Assembly (NCBI GenBank): GCA_000175855.1
Contig: ACYB01000046.1
Location: 30,001-62,000 of the forward strand
Reading direction: 5' to 3'
Length of the DNA stretch: 32,000 nucleotides
DNA from: Raphidiopsis brookii D9
GTDB lineage: Bacteria; Cyanobacteriota; Cyanobacteriia; Cyanobacteriales; Nostocaceae
Below the pieces are notes generated by a model, which ran no database searches, was not told the origin of the DNA, and saw only the letters and a list, made by a program, of their open reading frames with translations. Shown piece by piece: positions 1 through 11,236 of the stretch; within the stretch, counting starts at the first letter, position 1; each line of letters opens with the position of its first letter. The position numbers and the translations under genes are program-made.

Positions 1-484
1 CTGCTTCGGCTTTTTGCAAAGCTTTAGCCACCACTTTCTGCCGTAATTGAGAAATTACCCGCTCCAGTTCCGCATTTAAATCCGCCGCCCCAGCAGCTTG
101 CATCTTCTCAACGTCAGCAGCAGCTTGGACTAAAATTGCTTCCCCAGCTGCTTTGGCACTAGTTTCCGCATCAGCTTTAATTCTGTTAGCTTCCACCTGG
201 GCCTGTGTTAGTTTTTCCTCAGCTACCTTTAACTGCTTTGCAGCATTCGCAGCTCTTTCCTCTGCACTCTTAATTGCTGTTTCGATGTTTTCTCGACGAG
301 TTTTTAGGGTGTTACCCAATACTTTACGTCCAAAAACAAACAGCACAGTAATAATAATGGCAAGGTTAATTAGGTTGGTCTCAAAAATATTAGTATTCAG
401 ACCAATACCGCTATGTTCTGCTCCCTCTGCCAATTCACCCGTGACAGCGGTTGCTTCCGCTATCAATAGTAAAAAAGTCCCCAT
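1..484 (-). CDS. atpF: ATP synthase F0 subunit b, partial (C-terminus runs off the window)
   Basis: Minus-strand translation from ATG at 484: [86 protein letters not shown]...; one TM helix plus long charged helix; operon context. Not in the ORF track because it is open at the window edge. Confidence 0.95.
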   Translation of the reverse strand, partial: MGTFLLLIAEATAVTGELAEGAEHSGIGLNTNIFETNLINLAIIITVLFVFGRKVLGNTLKTRRENIETAIKSAEERAANAAKQLKVAEEKLTQAQVEANRIKADAETSAKAAGEAILVQAAADVEKMQAAGAADLNAELERVISQLRQKVVAKALQKAEA

Positions 485-596
485 GTTTTTTTATCCACAA
501 CTGCGCAGCCAAATTCAAATTTTCTTGTCGGTGGTCATTCTTCAAGTTGATGATTTATGACACCGTGACATCCCTGTAACTTAGTTTTGACCTAAT

Positions 597-1088
597 TTAG
601 CGTTGGCTTATTAGATCAGCACCTAACAGCTTCTCCAATATTTGGCGACTGAGTGCATCCACCTGTGCTTCTAAAGAAGCTAAAGCTTGTTGTTTTTGCT
701 GCTCAATTTCACTAGCTGCTTTTTCTCTTTGTGCCTGGGCTTCTTGCTGTGCTGCCGCTATCTTCTGAGCTGCTACTTTTTGTGCCTCTGCTTGAGCTTG
801 AGCAATCACTGCCTGTGCTTGTCTTCTTGCACCAGCTAGTTCTTGTTCATACTGAGCCGCCAGTTTTTCTGCCTGGGACAAACGTTGTTGGGCATCCAAT
901 TGATTATTCCGGATGTAGTCATTACGTCCATCAATAGCTTGACCCAATGGTTTATAGAGGGTTGCATTCAATATCAGGGCTAAAACTAGAAACTGAATTG
1001 CCATTAAGGGCAAAGTCGCGTCTAAGTCAAACAAGCCCCCTTCCTTGGCAACCTCTTCTACTGCCAACAAGGTGATCCAATGTGTCAT
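597..1088 (-). CDS. atpG: ATP synthase F0 subunit b' (second b-type subunit of photosynthetic bacteria)
   Basis: 163 aa, ...[44 protein letters not shown]... followed by a Gln/Ala-rich helix; between atpF and atpE. Confidence 0.93.
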   Translation of the reverse strand: MTHWITLLAVEEVAKEGGLFDLDATLPLMAIQFLVLALILNATLYKPLGQAIDGRNDYIRNNQLDAQQRLSQAEKLAAQYEQELAGARRQAQAVIAQAQAEAQKVAAQKIAAAQQEAQAQREKAASEIEQQKQQALASLEAQVDALSRQILEKLLGADLISQR

Positions 1089-1230
1089 TGTTGCTTGTTC
1101 CTATGTATGGTTATAGTCCTGAGTTATAACTAGAGGATGAGTTACGAGTTAGTGAGTGATTAATTCAACCCCTAACTCTTAACTCCTAAGTCCCATCTTT
1201 TGTCACTCAGTCCAATAGACTGGTTACTAC

Positions 1231-1488
<258 letters not shown>

Positions 1489-1675
1489 TTACTTTAGAGA
1501 TACGGTTGATTTGGGAATTTGTAGTGTTAGTAGTCAGCTATCATCTATCAGTTATTGGTGATCAGATGCTATTAATTAGTGAAGCTCCCCCGGTTGACTT
1601 TTGACTACCTGTTGTCACCTGGCACTTTCACCTCTCACCTGTCACCTCATCACTGACTGTTGTTTCCTGAGGGGT

Positions 1676-2431
1676 CTAATGACTTCCCTCATGCTCTTCG
1701 CCATGATGATCTTCCATCGCTTCACCAATATAAGCAGCAGCGAGGGTGGCAAAAATTAGGGCTTGAATGGCACTTGTGAATAGTCCCAAGGCCATCACTG
1801 GCAATGGCACAAACAGGGGCACTAGTAACACTAGCACGCCAACTACCAGTTCATCAGCTAAAATGTTACCGAATAAACGGAAACTTAGGGAAAGAGGTTT
1901 GGTGAAATCTTCAATAATCTTGAAGGGCAACATAAAGGACACTGGTTGCACATAGTTGCCAAAGTACCCTAAGCCTTTCTTGCTGAATCCAGCATAAAAA
2001 TAAGCTAAAGATGTTAACAGCGCTAAGGCAACTGTTGTATTGATATCGCTGGTAGGAGCGGCCAGTTCACCTTCTGGCAAATGAATTAGTTTAAATGGAA
2101 CTAATGCTCCGGACCAGTTGGAGACGAAAATGAACAAGAACAATGTGCCAACAAAGGGCACCCAGGGGCGATATTCTTTTTCGCCAATCTGGTTTTTTGC
2201 CAAGTCCCGAATGAATTCCAGGGCAAACTCCATTAGGTTTTGAATGCCTCTAGGAATGCGTTTCACATTACTGCTTGCCAGGATGGAAGCTAGTGTTAAT
2301 ACGCCGATTACAAACCAGGATGTGAGAAACACCTGTCCATGGAGCTTTAAGTTGCCTATTTGCCAGTACAGATGCTTACCCACCTCCAATTCTGCTAAGG
2401 GAAAGGAGTAGAAGTTCAGAAAATTGAGCAT
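1676..2431 (-). CDS. atpB: ATP synthase F0 subunit a
   Basis: 251 aa with subunit a signature ...[65 protein letters not shown]. Confidence 0.98.
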   Translation of the reverse strand: MLNFLNFYSFPLAELEVGKHLYWQIGNLKLHGQVFLTSWFVIGVLTLASILASSNVKRIPRGIQNLMEFALEFIRDLAKNQIGEKEYRPWVPFVGTLFLFIFVSNWSGALVPFKLIHLPEGELAAPTSDINTTVALALLTSLAYFYAGFSKKGLGYFGNYVQPVSFMLPFKIIEDFTKPLSLSFRLFGNILADELVVGVLVLLVPLFVPLPVMALGLFTSAIQALIFATLAAAYIGEAMEDHHGEEHEGSH

Positions 2432-2507
2432 TTTCTTTCTAATGGGGTCGCTTCTTTCATCTTACTGGAGAAGCGGAGCTTTTTAAGGTTGCCGCAGCTT
2501 TGTAGAG

Positions 2508-2897
2508 TCACAAGACAAAAGCCATCCTGATTACATAGATGATGAGCGTGGCTTTATAGGTCAGAAATCCCAAGAATATGGGCATGATTTGCAGTTGATT
2601 CCACCGTGATGCTAACAAAATCAGCACGACTAATAAGGCTAATCGGGTTTTACTCAGCTGTTGTTTCTCTGTGCCTAAACGCTCTACATCTCTGGCCAAC
2701 ATCCTTAGGTAAAGCAATCCCGCACATGCCCCTAATAAATAGTTTAAGGCCATGTTTACGGAATAAGCAATCCAAACGGCCGTGAAAATTACTGCTGTTA
2801 GGACAAGGGTAATGACCAACAGCTCTTGATAGAGTTGGTAAAACTCTTTCATGGCAGAGTTTTTTTGTTCCTCTGGTTTGAGAATCAGGTTGGTCAT
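2508..2897 (-). CDS. atpI: ATP synthase accessory protein I (Atp1/AtpI-like); start probably the Met at 2897 rather than 2924
   Basis: Small hydrophobic protein with four predicted TM segments, first gene of the F0 operon directly upstream of atpB. Confidence 0.8.
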   Translation of the reverse strand: MTNLILKPEEQKNSAMKEFYQLYQELLVITLVLTAVIFTAVWIAYSVNMALNYLLGACAGLLYLRMLARDVERLGTEKQQLSKTRLALLVVLILLASRWNQLQIMPIFLGFLTYKATLIIYVIRMAFVL

Positions 2898-3155
2898 CGT
2901 TTTTTGTTGTCGGAGTGGATACATTTTGTTCTTGATGACAAGCTCACGGAACTTGAAACCAGTTCAACTAAATAGGGTGACTGCATATTCAGTCAGCTGA
3001 ATCATACCACGTTAGTGGTAACAATACTTTAGAAAAAACAATTAACTTAATTTTTTTGGCAATTTTTGGCCGGACGTTGGGAAAGTTGGCAAAGATTATT
3101 CTTGTTTCGCTTACCTTTATCTCCCTCGCCTTTAACAATGCGATCGCATTTCCAA

Positions 3156-4337
3156 CTATAGGTTGGGACTGAGTATCAACAATTGCTGCTCTATCAATTT
3201 CCTGGCTCCAGCTAAATCCACTTGACTTTCCACGAGAATTTGTGATATGGTGTGGGAACCATTGCATTTTTTCATGAACTCTATCTCCCCAGGAGATAGA
3301 TTAATGATTTGGTAGTCGTAATTAAATACACATGGACTGGGAAATCCATCTAGACAGGGGTTTAATTCTGGTATAGCTGCTAATAGGGCTTGGTCATCTT
3401 GCCAATGGCTTTTTTCTAAGGGAGGAGAACTCAGAAAAAACTCGTAGTGGGCAACTTCGGGGTCCAATAGTTCTATAAGGCGATATTTTTCTCTGGGAGA
3501 TAATTCCTGGGATCTTGCCATTAGTTGTGGCCTTTTCCCCAATAATCTCTCCAGGTTCCAAAAGCCCGGATTGGAAAATCCTACAAACTCTAACCCAGAA
3601 GCATCTATGAGCTGGAACAAAGAATCAATATTATAATCTATTTCCTGGGGATGGACGTACATGTCAGCAAAACATTCGTCCTTTTGATTTTCCCAGGACC
3701 ATCTGGCTTTCTCTCTATTGACAATTCTATTGTTTTCTGGTAAAGCGGCAAATATTTCTCTGCCCACTTGTACTCCGTCTTCATAGTTGCCACGTTTACT
3801 TCCTTGAAGAATTGCGATCGCCTTTTGCATAAGTTGTATTTCCCATCTGCCCAGCTCACCATAAACAAAGATGTGCATAATTCCTCCCGGTGCCAGTTTA
3901 CCTGCGAGGGACTGAATACCAGCGATGGGGTCAGGTAAATGATGGAGTACACCAACAGAATTAATCAAATCAAACTTTCCCGGTATTTGGTCCAGATCAT
4001 AAATACTCAGGTGGTGAAATTCCACCCGGTTAGCACCGGAACTTTGACAGCGTTTTCTAGCAACTTCTAGCGTACCTGGACTGATATCTATTCCTACTAC
4101 ATGTGAGTAGGGATTCAAATGTACTAAATATTCCGTGCTAACTCCCGATCCACAACCAGCATCTAAAATCCGGATATCTTGTTTTGAGGGTTTTCTCCCG
4201 GTACAGAAGTTGTAAGCAGCTAACCAATTCCAGCGCCAATTGTATCCTGGTGGTGGTTGGTCTAAAATTGGTTCAGGGGGGAACGGGTAAGTGTCATAAA
4301 GTTTGGCTACAGCAGCAGTGATTTGGGTATCAGACAT
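3156..4337 (-). CDS. Class I SAM-dependent methyltransferase with C-terminal extension
   Basis: 393 aa; motif I IRILDAGCGSGVSTEYL, FDLINSVGVLHHLPDP; C-terminal segment NYDYQIINLSPGEIEFMKKCNGSHTISQILVES resembles a small winged-helix-like domain. Confidence 0.85.
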   Translation of the reverse strand: MSDTQITAAVAKLYDTYPFPPEPILDQPPPGYNWRWNWLAAYNFCTGRKPSKQDIRILDAGCGSGVSTEYLVHLNPYSHVVGIDISPGTLEVARKRCQSSGANRVEFHHLSIYDLDQIPGKFDLINSVGVLHHLPDPIAGIQSLAGKLAPGGIMHIFVYGELGRWEIQLMQKAIAILQGSKRGNYEDGVQVGREIFAALPENNRIVNREKARWSWENQKDECFADMYVHPQEIDYNIDSLFQLIDASGLEFVGFSNPGFWNLERLLGKRPQLMARSQELSPREKYRLIELLDPEVAHYEFFLSSPPLEKSHWQDDQALLAAIPELNPCLDGFPSPCVFNYDYQIINLSPGEIEFMKKCNGSHTISQILVESQVDLAGARKLIEQQLLILSPNL

Positions 4338-4403
4338 TGTTTAGATATTAACGCAAGATATTAACGCAGCTGGTCCTAGTTTAGCAGAAAGTTCTCCTCC
4401 CCA

Positions 4404-5819
4404 CTACACCAAAGCTTTAAGTAAGGCTTGTAATTTAAGCTGCACTTCAGCAAATTCTCGTTCAGGGTCAGAACCTGCGACAATACCAGCACCAGCATAT
4501 AATCTGGCACAATTATTGTTAATGAGAGCGGAACGAATACCCACAATAAACTCGCAATTTCCCCTACTATCTAACCATCCTAGGGGTGCAGCATATAGAC
4601 CGCGATCAAATTTCTCGTAGTGCCTAATTTCCGCACAGGCAATTTCTCTAGTTGCTCCTGCTACAGCAGGTGTGGGATGTAATTGGGCAACAATTTTTAT
4701 GGGGTGAACGTTATTGGGGACCACAGCAGTAATTGGTGTCCATAGGTGTTGAATATTTGCCAGTTGTCGTAGTCGTGGAGTTAGGGGTTGGGGAAATAAC
4801 CCCAGTTGTGATAGTCTGTGACTGATAAAATCAATTACCAGGTTATGTTCGTGTTTTTCTTTGCTACTGTTGACTAATCTATGGGCATTAACTGCATCTT
4901 CCTTAGGTGTTTTGCCCCTGGGAGCTGAACCAGCTAGTGCATCGGTGATGAGCTGGTGGTCTTGAATGCTAATTAGTCGTTCTGGACTGGCGCCCAGGAA
5001 GTTTTGTCCTCGACCATTACTAATACAAAATACATAACAGTTAGGATGTAAGTTCCTTAAATTATTTAGGGATTTTAATAGATTAAACGAACTATATGAA
5101 TATACATCTAATGTGTCCGCCAAAACAATTTTTCTTAACTGTTTAGCTTCTATTTTTTGGAGAGCTGATAAAACTGAGTTTTTAAAAACGTCCGGGTTGT
5201 TTATCTGGCTTGTTTGGGAACCTTTGCAGGTAGTCACAGCTATGGGGAGACCATTAGTTAAAGATTGTAAGGTCCTGATTTTATTTTGGATATCTTGGAG
5301 TATGTGGTTAACATCAACATCAGCATCAACTACCTTGTTGATTACTAGAGTACAAGAGGAATTTTTTACAGCTACTTGTAATTTGGGTAGAAAAATTGTC
5401 GCTGCTGCAAAGGGATAATTCGAATTTTGGTGCTGTTCAAAAAAACTAAAACTGCAAAAAAAGTGACTACCCGTGAATGGTTCATTAAGATTACCGAAAT
5501 TAATGATATTTTTTAGACAATCTTTGATAAAGTCTTCCGTTTTGTTAAATCTGTTTTGACCATTAATATCTAATTTCTTTATGGCATCAATAGCTACAAT
5601 GGCTTCCCCTTTACTTTTATTTTCAAAATAAAAGCTCAATGTGTTCCTTTGTCCTAACTTATCTAATACAAATAGGGGATCTATAAAATCAATTGCCAGG
5701 GAGATGCTAACAATTTGCTGGTGATGATGTTCATAGCATCTTTGTTGCACTGCTAACAGTAGTTGATGCAAATCTTTATAATCTGTGAGGAATCTTGGAA
5801 GACATGGTGAAATTGTCAT
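4404..5819 (-). CDS. menF: Isochorismate synthase (chorismate-binding family)
   Basis: 471 aa; FLGASPERLISI, GSAPRGKTPKEDAVNAHRLVNSSKEKHEHNLVIDFI, HPTPAVAGATREIA, FDRGLYAAPLGWLDSRGNCEFIVGIRSALI; adjacent to men genes. Confidence 0.95.
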   Translation of the reverse strand: MTISPCLPRFLTDYKDLHQLLLAVQQRCYEHHHQQIVSISLAIDFIDPLFVLDKLGQRNTLSFYFENKSKGEAIVAIDAIKKLDINGQNRFNKTEDFIKDCLKNIINFGNLNEPFTGSHFFCSFSFFEQHQNSNYPFAAATIFLPKLQVAVKNSSCTLVINKVVDADVDVNHILQDIQNKIRTLQSLTNGLPIAVTTCKGSQTSQINNPDVFKNSVLSALQKIEAKQLRKIVLADTLDVYSYSSFNLLKSLNNLRNLHPNCYVFCISNGRGQNFLGASPERLISIQDHQLITDALAGSAPRGKTPKEDAVNAHRLVNSSKEKHEHNLVIDFISHRLSQLGLFPQPLTPRLRQLANIQHLWTPITAVVPNNVHPIKIVAQLHPTPAVAGATREIACAEIRHYEKFDRGLYAAPLGWLDSRGNCEFIVGIRSALINNNCARLYAGAGIVAGSDPEREFAEVQLKLQALLKALV

Positions 5820-6019
5820 GGATGTGTCTGTTTAATTTTTTTTAAGTTTTATTGATCAAGTGTAACAAATGGATTGTAATATTTTAGTTCTATTACTAAT
5901 TATATTGCAGGTTTTATTAGTTCAAATTAGCATCTTCTGGGAACTTGGACTATAAGAACTATAAAATTTCAGTATAGGATCCGGTGGTAAATTTATTAGA
6001 TTGTAGTTGATGAGGAATA

Positions 6020-6913
6020 ATGACCACAAGACAAACACCCAATCGTAAGTTATGGATGGCTGCTATTAAACCACCAATGTACAGTGTTGCTATTATGCCT
6101 ATATGGGTGGGATCTTGTGTCGCTTTTGCGCAAACTCAAATTTTTCATGGTGTGCCATTTACGATTTTTGCAACTGCGGCAATTTTGATTCTAGCGTGGG
6201 AGAATATCACTAATGATGTTTTTGATGCGGAAACTGGTATTGATGAAAATAAACATCACTCATTAGTAACTTTAACAGGTAATAAGCAATTAATGTTTTG
6301 GTTGGGTAATTTGTGCCTAGTTTTAGGTTTGTCAGGAATAATTGCGATCGCCTGGTTACAAAGAGATCCAACTGTAGTTGGACTGATTCTATTATGTTGT
6401 AGTTTGGGTTATGTGTACCAGGGACCTCCCTTTAGATTAGGGTATAAGGGTTGGGGAGAAGTTTTGTGTTTCTTTGCGTTTGGACCTGTGGGGATGACAG
6501 CAGCATACTACAGTCAAACCCAAAATTGGTCACCTACTAATTTAGCTGCTTCGGTTATTGTGGGTATTGTAACTAGTTTAGTATTATTTTGTTCTCATTT
6601 TCATCAAGTAAAAGATGACATTGCTGCGGGAAAGCGGTCACCCATTGCGAGGTTAGGAACACAAAGGGGTGCGGAAGTTTTGGTATGGTTTACCGCTAGT
6701 ATTTATGTGATATGTCTATTATTGGTAGTGTTAGGGATTTTTCCCTTTTGGACTCTACTAAGTTGGTTGAGTTTACCTTTTGGGGTAAAATTATGTGGTC
6801 ACGTGTGGAAAAACCATCATCTTCCGGAAAAGGTGAGTAATTGTAAGTTCATTGCCATTGGGGTACATTTTTGGAGTTGTTTGTTATTAGGGATAGGGTT
6901 TATTTTGGGTTAG
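6020..6913 (+). CDS. menA: 2-carboxy-1,4-naphthoquinone phytyltransferase (UbiA family prenyltransferase)
   Basis: 297 aa; ENITNDVFDAETGIDENKHHS (N/DxxxD motif), SLGYVYQGPPFRLGYKGWGE, multiple TM segments; menA-menC-menE order. Confidence 0.95.
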   Translation: MTTRQTPNRKLWMAAIKPPMYSVAIMPIWVGSCVAFAQTQIFHGVPFTIFATAAILILAWENITNDVFDAETGIDENKHHSLVTLTGNKQLMFWLGNLCLVLGLSGIIAIAWLQRDPTVVGLILLCCSLGYVYQGPPFRLGYKGWGEVLCFFAFGPVGMTAAYYSQTQNWSPTNLAASVIVGIVTSLVLFCSHFHQVKDDIAAGKRSPIARLGTQRGAEVLVWFTASIYVICLLLVVLGIFPFWTLLSWLSLPFGVKLCGHVWKNHHLPEKVSNCKFIAIGVHFWSCLLLGIGFILG

Positions 6914-6917
6914 AAAA

Positions 6918-7943
6918 ATGGAGTACCAATTTTCTTTTCGTCAGTTTAGTCAGAAATTTAACCATGCTGTGATTACCAATCATGGTGTTTGGGATATGCG
7001 AGAGGGCATAATAATTAGACTGGTTGATCGAACTGGGAAAGTAGGTTGGGGGGAAATTTCTCCTATTGCTTGGTTTGGTTCAGAAACCTTAGAACAAGCT
7101 AGGGAGTTTTGTAGTCAACTACCAGAGATAATTACTCCGGAGATGATTTTGGATATTCCAGCGCACTTACCAGCTTGTCAATTTGCTTTTGAATCTGCCA
7201 GAGAAAATTTTTCCAATTCAATGCCTGTTTTTAAAAATCAACATTTAGGAGATGAAAGCCTAATTGAAAGACTAATAAGTAAAAAAATGAAATATAGTGC
7301 TTTATTACCCAGAGGAGAAGCTGCTGTTCAGGGATGGAAAAATTTGTGGCAAAAGGGTTATGAGACATTCAAAATAAAAATAGCAGTGGATGACATAACC
7401 CAGGAATTAGAAATTTTGCACTTACTGGTTGGTCAACTACCGGAATCCGCCAAAATTCGGTTAGATGCTAATGGAGGACTCAATTATCAACAAGCTAAAT
7501 TATGGTTAGAAGTTTGTGATCAATTTTCCCAAAAAATTGAATTTATCGAGCAACCGTTAGGGATAAATAGGTTGGAAGAAATGCTAGAATTGAGCCAGGC
7601 ATATTTAACAAAAATCGCTTTAGATGAGTCCGTTGCCACCTGGCAAAAGTTAGAAAGTTGTTATCAAATCGGGTGGCGAGGAGTTTTTGTGATCAAACCA
7701 GCTATTTTAGGTTCACCATCTCGGTTGAGAGGATTCTGCCAAAATCACACCATTGATCTGGTATTTTCTTCTGTATTTGAAACTCCTATTGGTAGAGAAG
7801 CTGCGCTCAAGTTAGCTGGGGAAATATCTCATGGGATATCTAACCTATCTGGTAATTGGCGTTCTCTGGGTTTTGGTATTGATCATTATTTTGCACTAGA
7901 ATCTACAAATTGGCCAGAAATTTTATGGAATCCTATTTATTAA
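6918..7943 (+). CDS. menC: o-succinylbenzoate synthase (enolase superfamily)
   Basis: 341 aa; FKIKIAVDD, RLDANGGLNYQQA, FIEQPLG, IALDESVATW, VFVIKPAILG, FSSVFETPIGREAALKLA. Confidence 0.95.
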   Translation: MEYQFSFRQFSQKFNHAVITNHGVWDMREGIIIRLVDRTGKVGWGEISPIAWFGSETLEQAREFCSQLPEIITPEMILDIPAHLPACQFAFESARENFSNSMPVFKNQHLGDESLIERLISKKMKYSALLPRGEAAVQGWKNLWQKGYETFKIKIAVDDITQELEILHLLVGQLPESAKIRLDANGGLNYQQAKLWLEVCDQFSQKIEFIEQPLGINRLEEMLELSQAYLTKIALDESVATWQKLESCYQIGWRGVFVIKPAILGSPSRLRGFCQNHTIDLVFSSVFETPIGREAALKLAGEISHGISNLSGNWRSLGFGIDHYFALESTNWPEILWNPIY

Positions 7944-9403
7944 AAAGTTTATTAAATCTAGAAGATAAAAACATCTCTAGGGAAAATTGGTTAATAGTTG
8001 AAAATGGTGAAGAATTTGAAACCCTTGTTGAGGAATTATATGGTGAAATACGTCACCAATTAGATAGGCAAATTGACCACAACCATGAACCGATATATAA
8101 ACCGCTAAAAATAATTCTAGCCCAGCGAGATCCGGTAAAATTTTTGGCGGGATTTATTGCTGGATGTGCAGCTGAATGTGCAGTTTTTTTGTGTAATCCC
8201 GACTGGGAAAAAAATGAATGGGAACAAGTTTGGGATTTAGTAAATCCAGATATGATTTGGGGTGATGAGATAAAATTTCCTGATTTTACCACCACTAATA
8301 CTAATATTACTTCGGAAAAACCGATAATTAGTGGTATTATGATTCCTACTGGTGGTTCATCGGGAAAGATTAAATTTGCCATTCATACCTGGGAAACTCT
8401 CACCGCGTCAGTGCGGGGATTTACAGAATATTTTAATTTAAGTTCGGTGAATTCTTTCTGTGTTTTACCATTATATCATGTGAGTGGTTTGATGCAGTTT
8501 ATGAGAAGTTTTACCACCGGTGGAAAATTAGTTATTACTTCATTTAAACAGCTTACATCTGAATCTAGCCAAAAATCAGATATTTACAAGATAAAAAACT
8601 CAGACTTTTTTATATCTCTAGTGCCAACTCAATTACAAAGACTATTAGAGAATCAAAAATTAACCCAATGGCTATCGGAGTTTAAAACTGTATTATTAGG
8701 AGGTGGACCATCATGGAACGATTTATTAACCAAAGCCAGAGCAAATGACATTAGGTTAGCTCCCACATACGGTATGACCGAAACAGCTTCCCAAATAGCT
8801 ACCTTAAAACCAGATGAGTTTTTAAAAATACCACTGGATGAGTTTTTAAAAACTAAAAATAGTGGTCGGACTCTCCCCCACGCAGAAATTGTGATGGAGC
8901 ATCTTCTGGAAAATGAACATTATGGGGAAAATCATCTGGGAGTTATTAGAATTAAAGCTAAATCTTTGGCTTTGGGCTACTATCCCACAATTTGGCAGGA
9001 TGATCAGGGTTTTTTAACCGATGATATGGGATTTTTAGACCAGAATGGTTATTTACATATTGTGGGACGTAGGAGCAATAAAATTATTTCCGGTGGTGAG
9101 AATATTTATCCTTCAGAGGTGGAAGCAGCAATCCGAGCAACTACTTTGATTATGGATGTGTGTGTAATTGGCATACCAGATCACAATTGGGGCGAAGCAG
9201 TAACAGCTATTTATGTTCCCCAATCTCCCCCCACTCCCATCCTAGAAATCAAAAACCAACTCCAGCAAACATTAACCAGGTTTAAAATTCCTAAATATTG
9301 GATTCCCGTGGTTAGCTTACCTCGTAATCAACAGGGAAAAATCAATATTTCACAACTTCAACAGATCATCCTGGAATCTCTCGATCAAGAAGAGATCGTA
9401 TAG
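7925..9403 (+). CDS. menE: o-succinylbenzoate-CoA ligase (AMP-forming); start probably the Met at 7925 (ORF opens at 7910), overlapping the menC 3' end
   Basis: ANL superfamily motifs IMIPTGGSSGKIKFAIHT, APTYGMTETASQIA, DDMGFLDQNGYLHIVGRRSNKIISGGENIYPSEVE, QGKINISQLQQI. Confidence 0.95.
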   Translation: MESYLLKSLLNLEDKNISRENWLIVENGEEFETLVEELYGEIRHQLDRQIDHNHEPIYKPLKIILAQRDPVKFLAGFIAGCAAECAVFLCNPDWEKNEWEQVWDLVNPDMIWGDEIKFPDFTTTNTNITSEKPIISGIMIPTGGSSGKIKFAIHTWETLTASVRGFTEYFNLSSVNSFCVLPLYHVSGLMQFMRSFTTGGKLVITSFKQLTSESSQKSDIYKIKNSDFFISLVPTQLQRLLENQKLTQWLSEFKTVLLGGGPSWNDLLTKARANDIRLAPTYGMTETASQIATLKPDEFLKIPLDEFLKTKNSGRTLPHAEIVMEHLLENEHYGENHLGVIRIKAKSLALGYYPTIWQDDQGFLTDDMGFLDQNGYLHIVGRRSNKIISGGENIYPSEVEAAIRATTLIMDVCVIGIPDHNWGEAVTAIYVPQSPPTPILEIKNQLQQTLTRFKIPKYWIPVVSLPRNQQGKINISQLQQIILESLDQEEIV

Positions 9404-9406
9404 TAA

Positions 9407-9856
9407 TTATATAATCTCTTCCCTGGATTTTTTTCTCTCGATATCCTCTACGTCTCTACGGTTAGTTTCTAACCAGGAAATTATCTCACCTGACATTTGT
9501 CTCTTAGTCCCCGTAGCTACATCAATACACACATGTCTGGTAATTGCTTTGGCTACAATCACGTTACTGACATTAATTTCATAGTTAATGTCAAATTTGT
9601 CTCCGGTGATTTTTTTGGGAATCAAGTTAATTATTAATTTGTCCCCACAATAAATTGGTCGTAAATAATCTGCGCTTGCATGTACAATAGGATAAGCTAT
9701 TGATGGATGGGTAAAGAAATTCCTCATGTTGATATTAACATGTATTAAGGAGTCTTCATAGGCTTCGTGACATATATTTAAAATATTGGCGAAGTAAACT
9801 ACTCCCGCTGCATCAGTATCCGCAAATCTTATGGTTCTTTGATAAGTGAAAATCAT
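9407..9856 (-). CDS. Acyl-CoA thioesterase of 4HBT fold, probable DHNA-CoA hydrolase; start probably ATG at 9856
   Basis: [37 protein letters not shown] (4HBT hot-dog signature [13 protein letters not shown]); next to menE. Confidence 0.85.
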   Translation of the reverse strand: MIFTYQRTIRFADTDAAGVVYFANILNICHEAYEDSLIHVNINMRNFFTHPSIAYPIVHASADYLRPIYCGDKLIINLIPKKITGDKFDINYEINVSNVIVAKAITRHVCIDVATGTKRQMSGEIISWLETNRRDVEDIERKKSREEII

Positions 9857-9919
9857 TGTTGATAGGGTTGATATGTAGATATATAGTTGACAATAAAGGG
9901 GCAAACTCCTGGGTTTTGG

Positions 9920-11102
9920 TTAGGGAATATAAATATCCTGGGAGCTGGGATTGAGGTAAGGATAATGTAAATCAATTAGCTCAGATGCAAAATGTTGCTG
10001 AATAATCTGTATTCGCTCTTCTATGGCATTTTTACCTTTTTGCCAAGCTTCTAACAGAGCATTGGCAATTATTTGACAACGGTTCATACCAAAACTCTCT
10101 TCTGGAGAGAATTTTTGGTTTGGTTCTTCAGCTAAACTCAACCCAGGCGCCAAGTATTTGGTAAATAGGGGAATTTGGGGCTGAAAATAAATTTCGGTCT
10201 CTAGGTAAGTTGGCTCTAGAATTTTATGGATAGCTCGATAGTCTTCACAGTTAAACTGCAATGTGGCTGTGTCATACCTTCTATAAGAAATAGGATTATA
10301 TAATACTTCAAAACTAAAAGGGAATGCTGGCATCGTTTAGTCGTTTTGTTAAAATGTTCATCAGGGCGATCGCTCCGGATGGAGTAATGTTAAAATAGAT
10401 TTTTGCTATTTTTTTAGAATGATAATTTATATGATGGTTATGGCTATGAGACGGATGTTGCTGATTACAGTTGCCAATTGCTATGTAACAACCATTTTGC
10501 AGTCGGTTCTTTGGCATCCAAATCCCTATTAAATCACCGGGAGTAGGAGATCGGTCGGACTTGAGATAACATTCTGGTTCTACATACAGTGTAAGATTAT
10601 TTTTCATCACGGCCATAGTCCCGTCCGGTTCTATTCTTAATACCTCCCAATCAGCATCATAGTTACCTATACCGTGATTATTTTCATGTAGTTGTTGGTA
10701 AAAATTTCGGTCAACACCTAATTTATAATTTGGTTCTAATCCGTTGGTTAGTAAATGACTACACTGGTGATTATTTGTAGATAAAATGGGTTGCAATGCC
10801 CCGTTATAATAAATACCATGGAGGAAATTGCGCAGCAATAGGTTTAAATATTTCCGCTGCAAATCCAGTGAATTGTGTCTAAATCTTTGTGCTACCGTAC
10901 TAGGTATGGCAAAGGGTTGATATTGGGGATGTTGAATGGAGAAATCCGCTGAAATCTCAATATTTCTAGCAATATCAAATAGGGACTCAATAACGGACAG
11001 GTGATAATTATCTAGTCGACTTACTGGGGAACTTTGAGAACTACTGATTTGGCTTATTTGGCTATTTACGGGGGAATTATTTACTTGGTAACTACTCAAC
11101 AT
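9920..11102 (-). CDS. HopA1-like (T3SS effector HopA1 family) protein, split by a frame change at 10316..10319 into ORFs 10314..11102 and 9920..10333
   Basis: N-part ends ...KIAKIYFNITPSGAIALMNILTKRLNDASIPF*; C-part resumes ...FSFEVLYNPISYRRYDTATLQFNCEDY...; total span 1183 nt = 394 codons + 1 nt. Remembered family pattern 'YxNltp.Ga..l...lt..Ln...iPF.fKvLy.p..y.R.Dsa.Ly'. Confidence 0.72.
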
Positions 11103-11236
11103 CTTAATAGACTTGCACCTCCGAAATATAACTCTAATATACTGGCAATTTAGGCTCTAACAGCAAATAGTACATAAAGTTTTAACAAACATCTATAGGA
11201 TAGGATTAACAATCCTTAACATAATCACTAATGGGA

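Noticed and set aside
153-560. 135-aa plus-strand ORF in the track
   Set aside because: Antisense to atpF, which encodes a clear b subunit on the minus strand; treated as a shadow ORF.
1091-1210. Low-complexity AGTTA/TAACT-rich stretch between atpG and atpE
   Set aside because: Short degenerate repeats common in intergenic DNA of filamentous cyanobacteria; no specific structure supported.
2989-3267. 92-aa minus-strand ORF downstream of the methyltransferase
   Set aside because: Overlaps the methyltransferase 3' end in another frame, no recognisable domain; likely spurious.
8053-8382. 109-aa ORF antisense to menE
   Set aside because: Lies within the well-supported menE coding frame; no domain.
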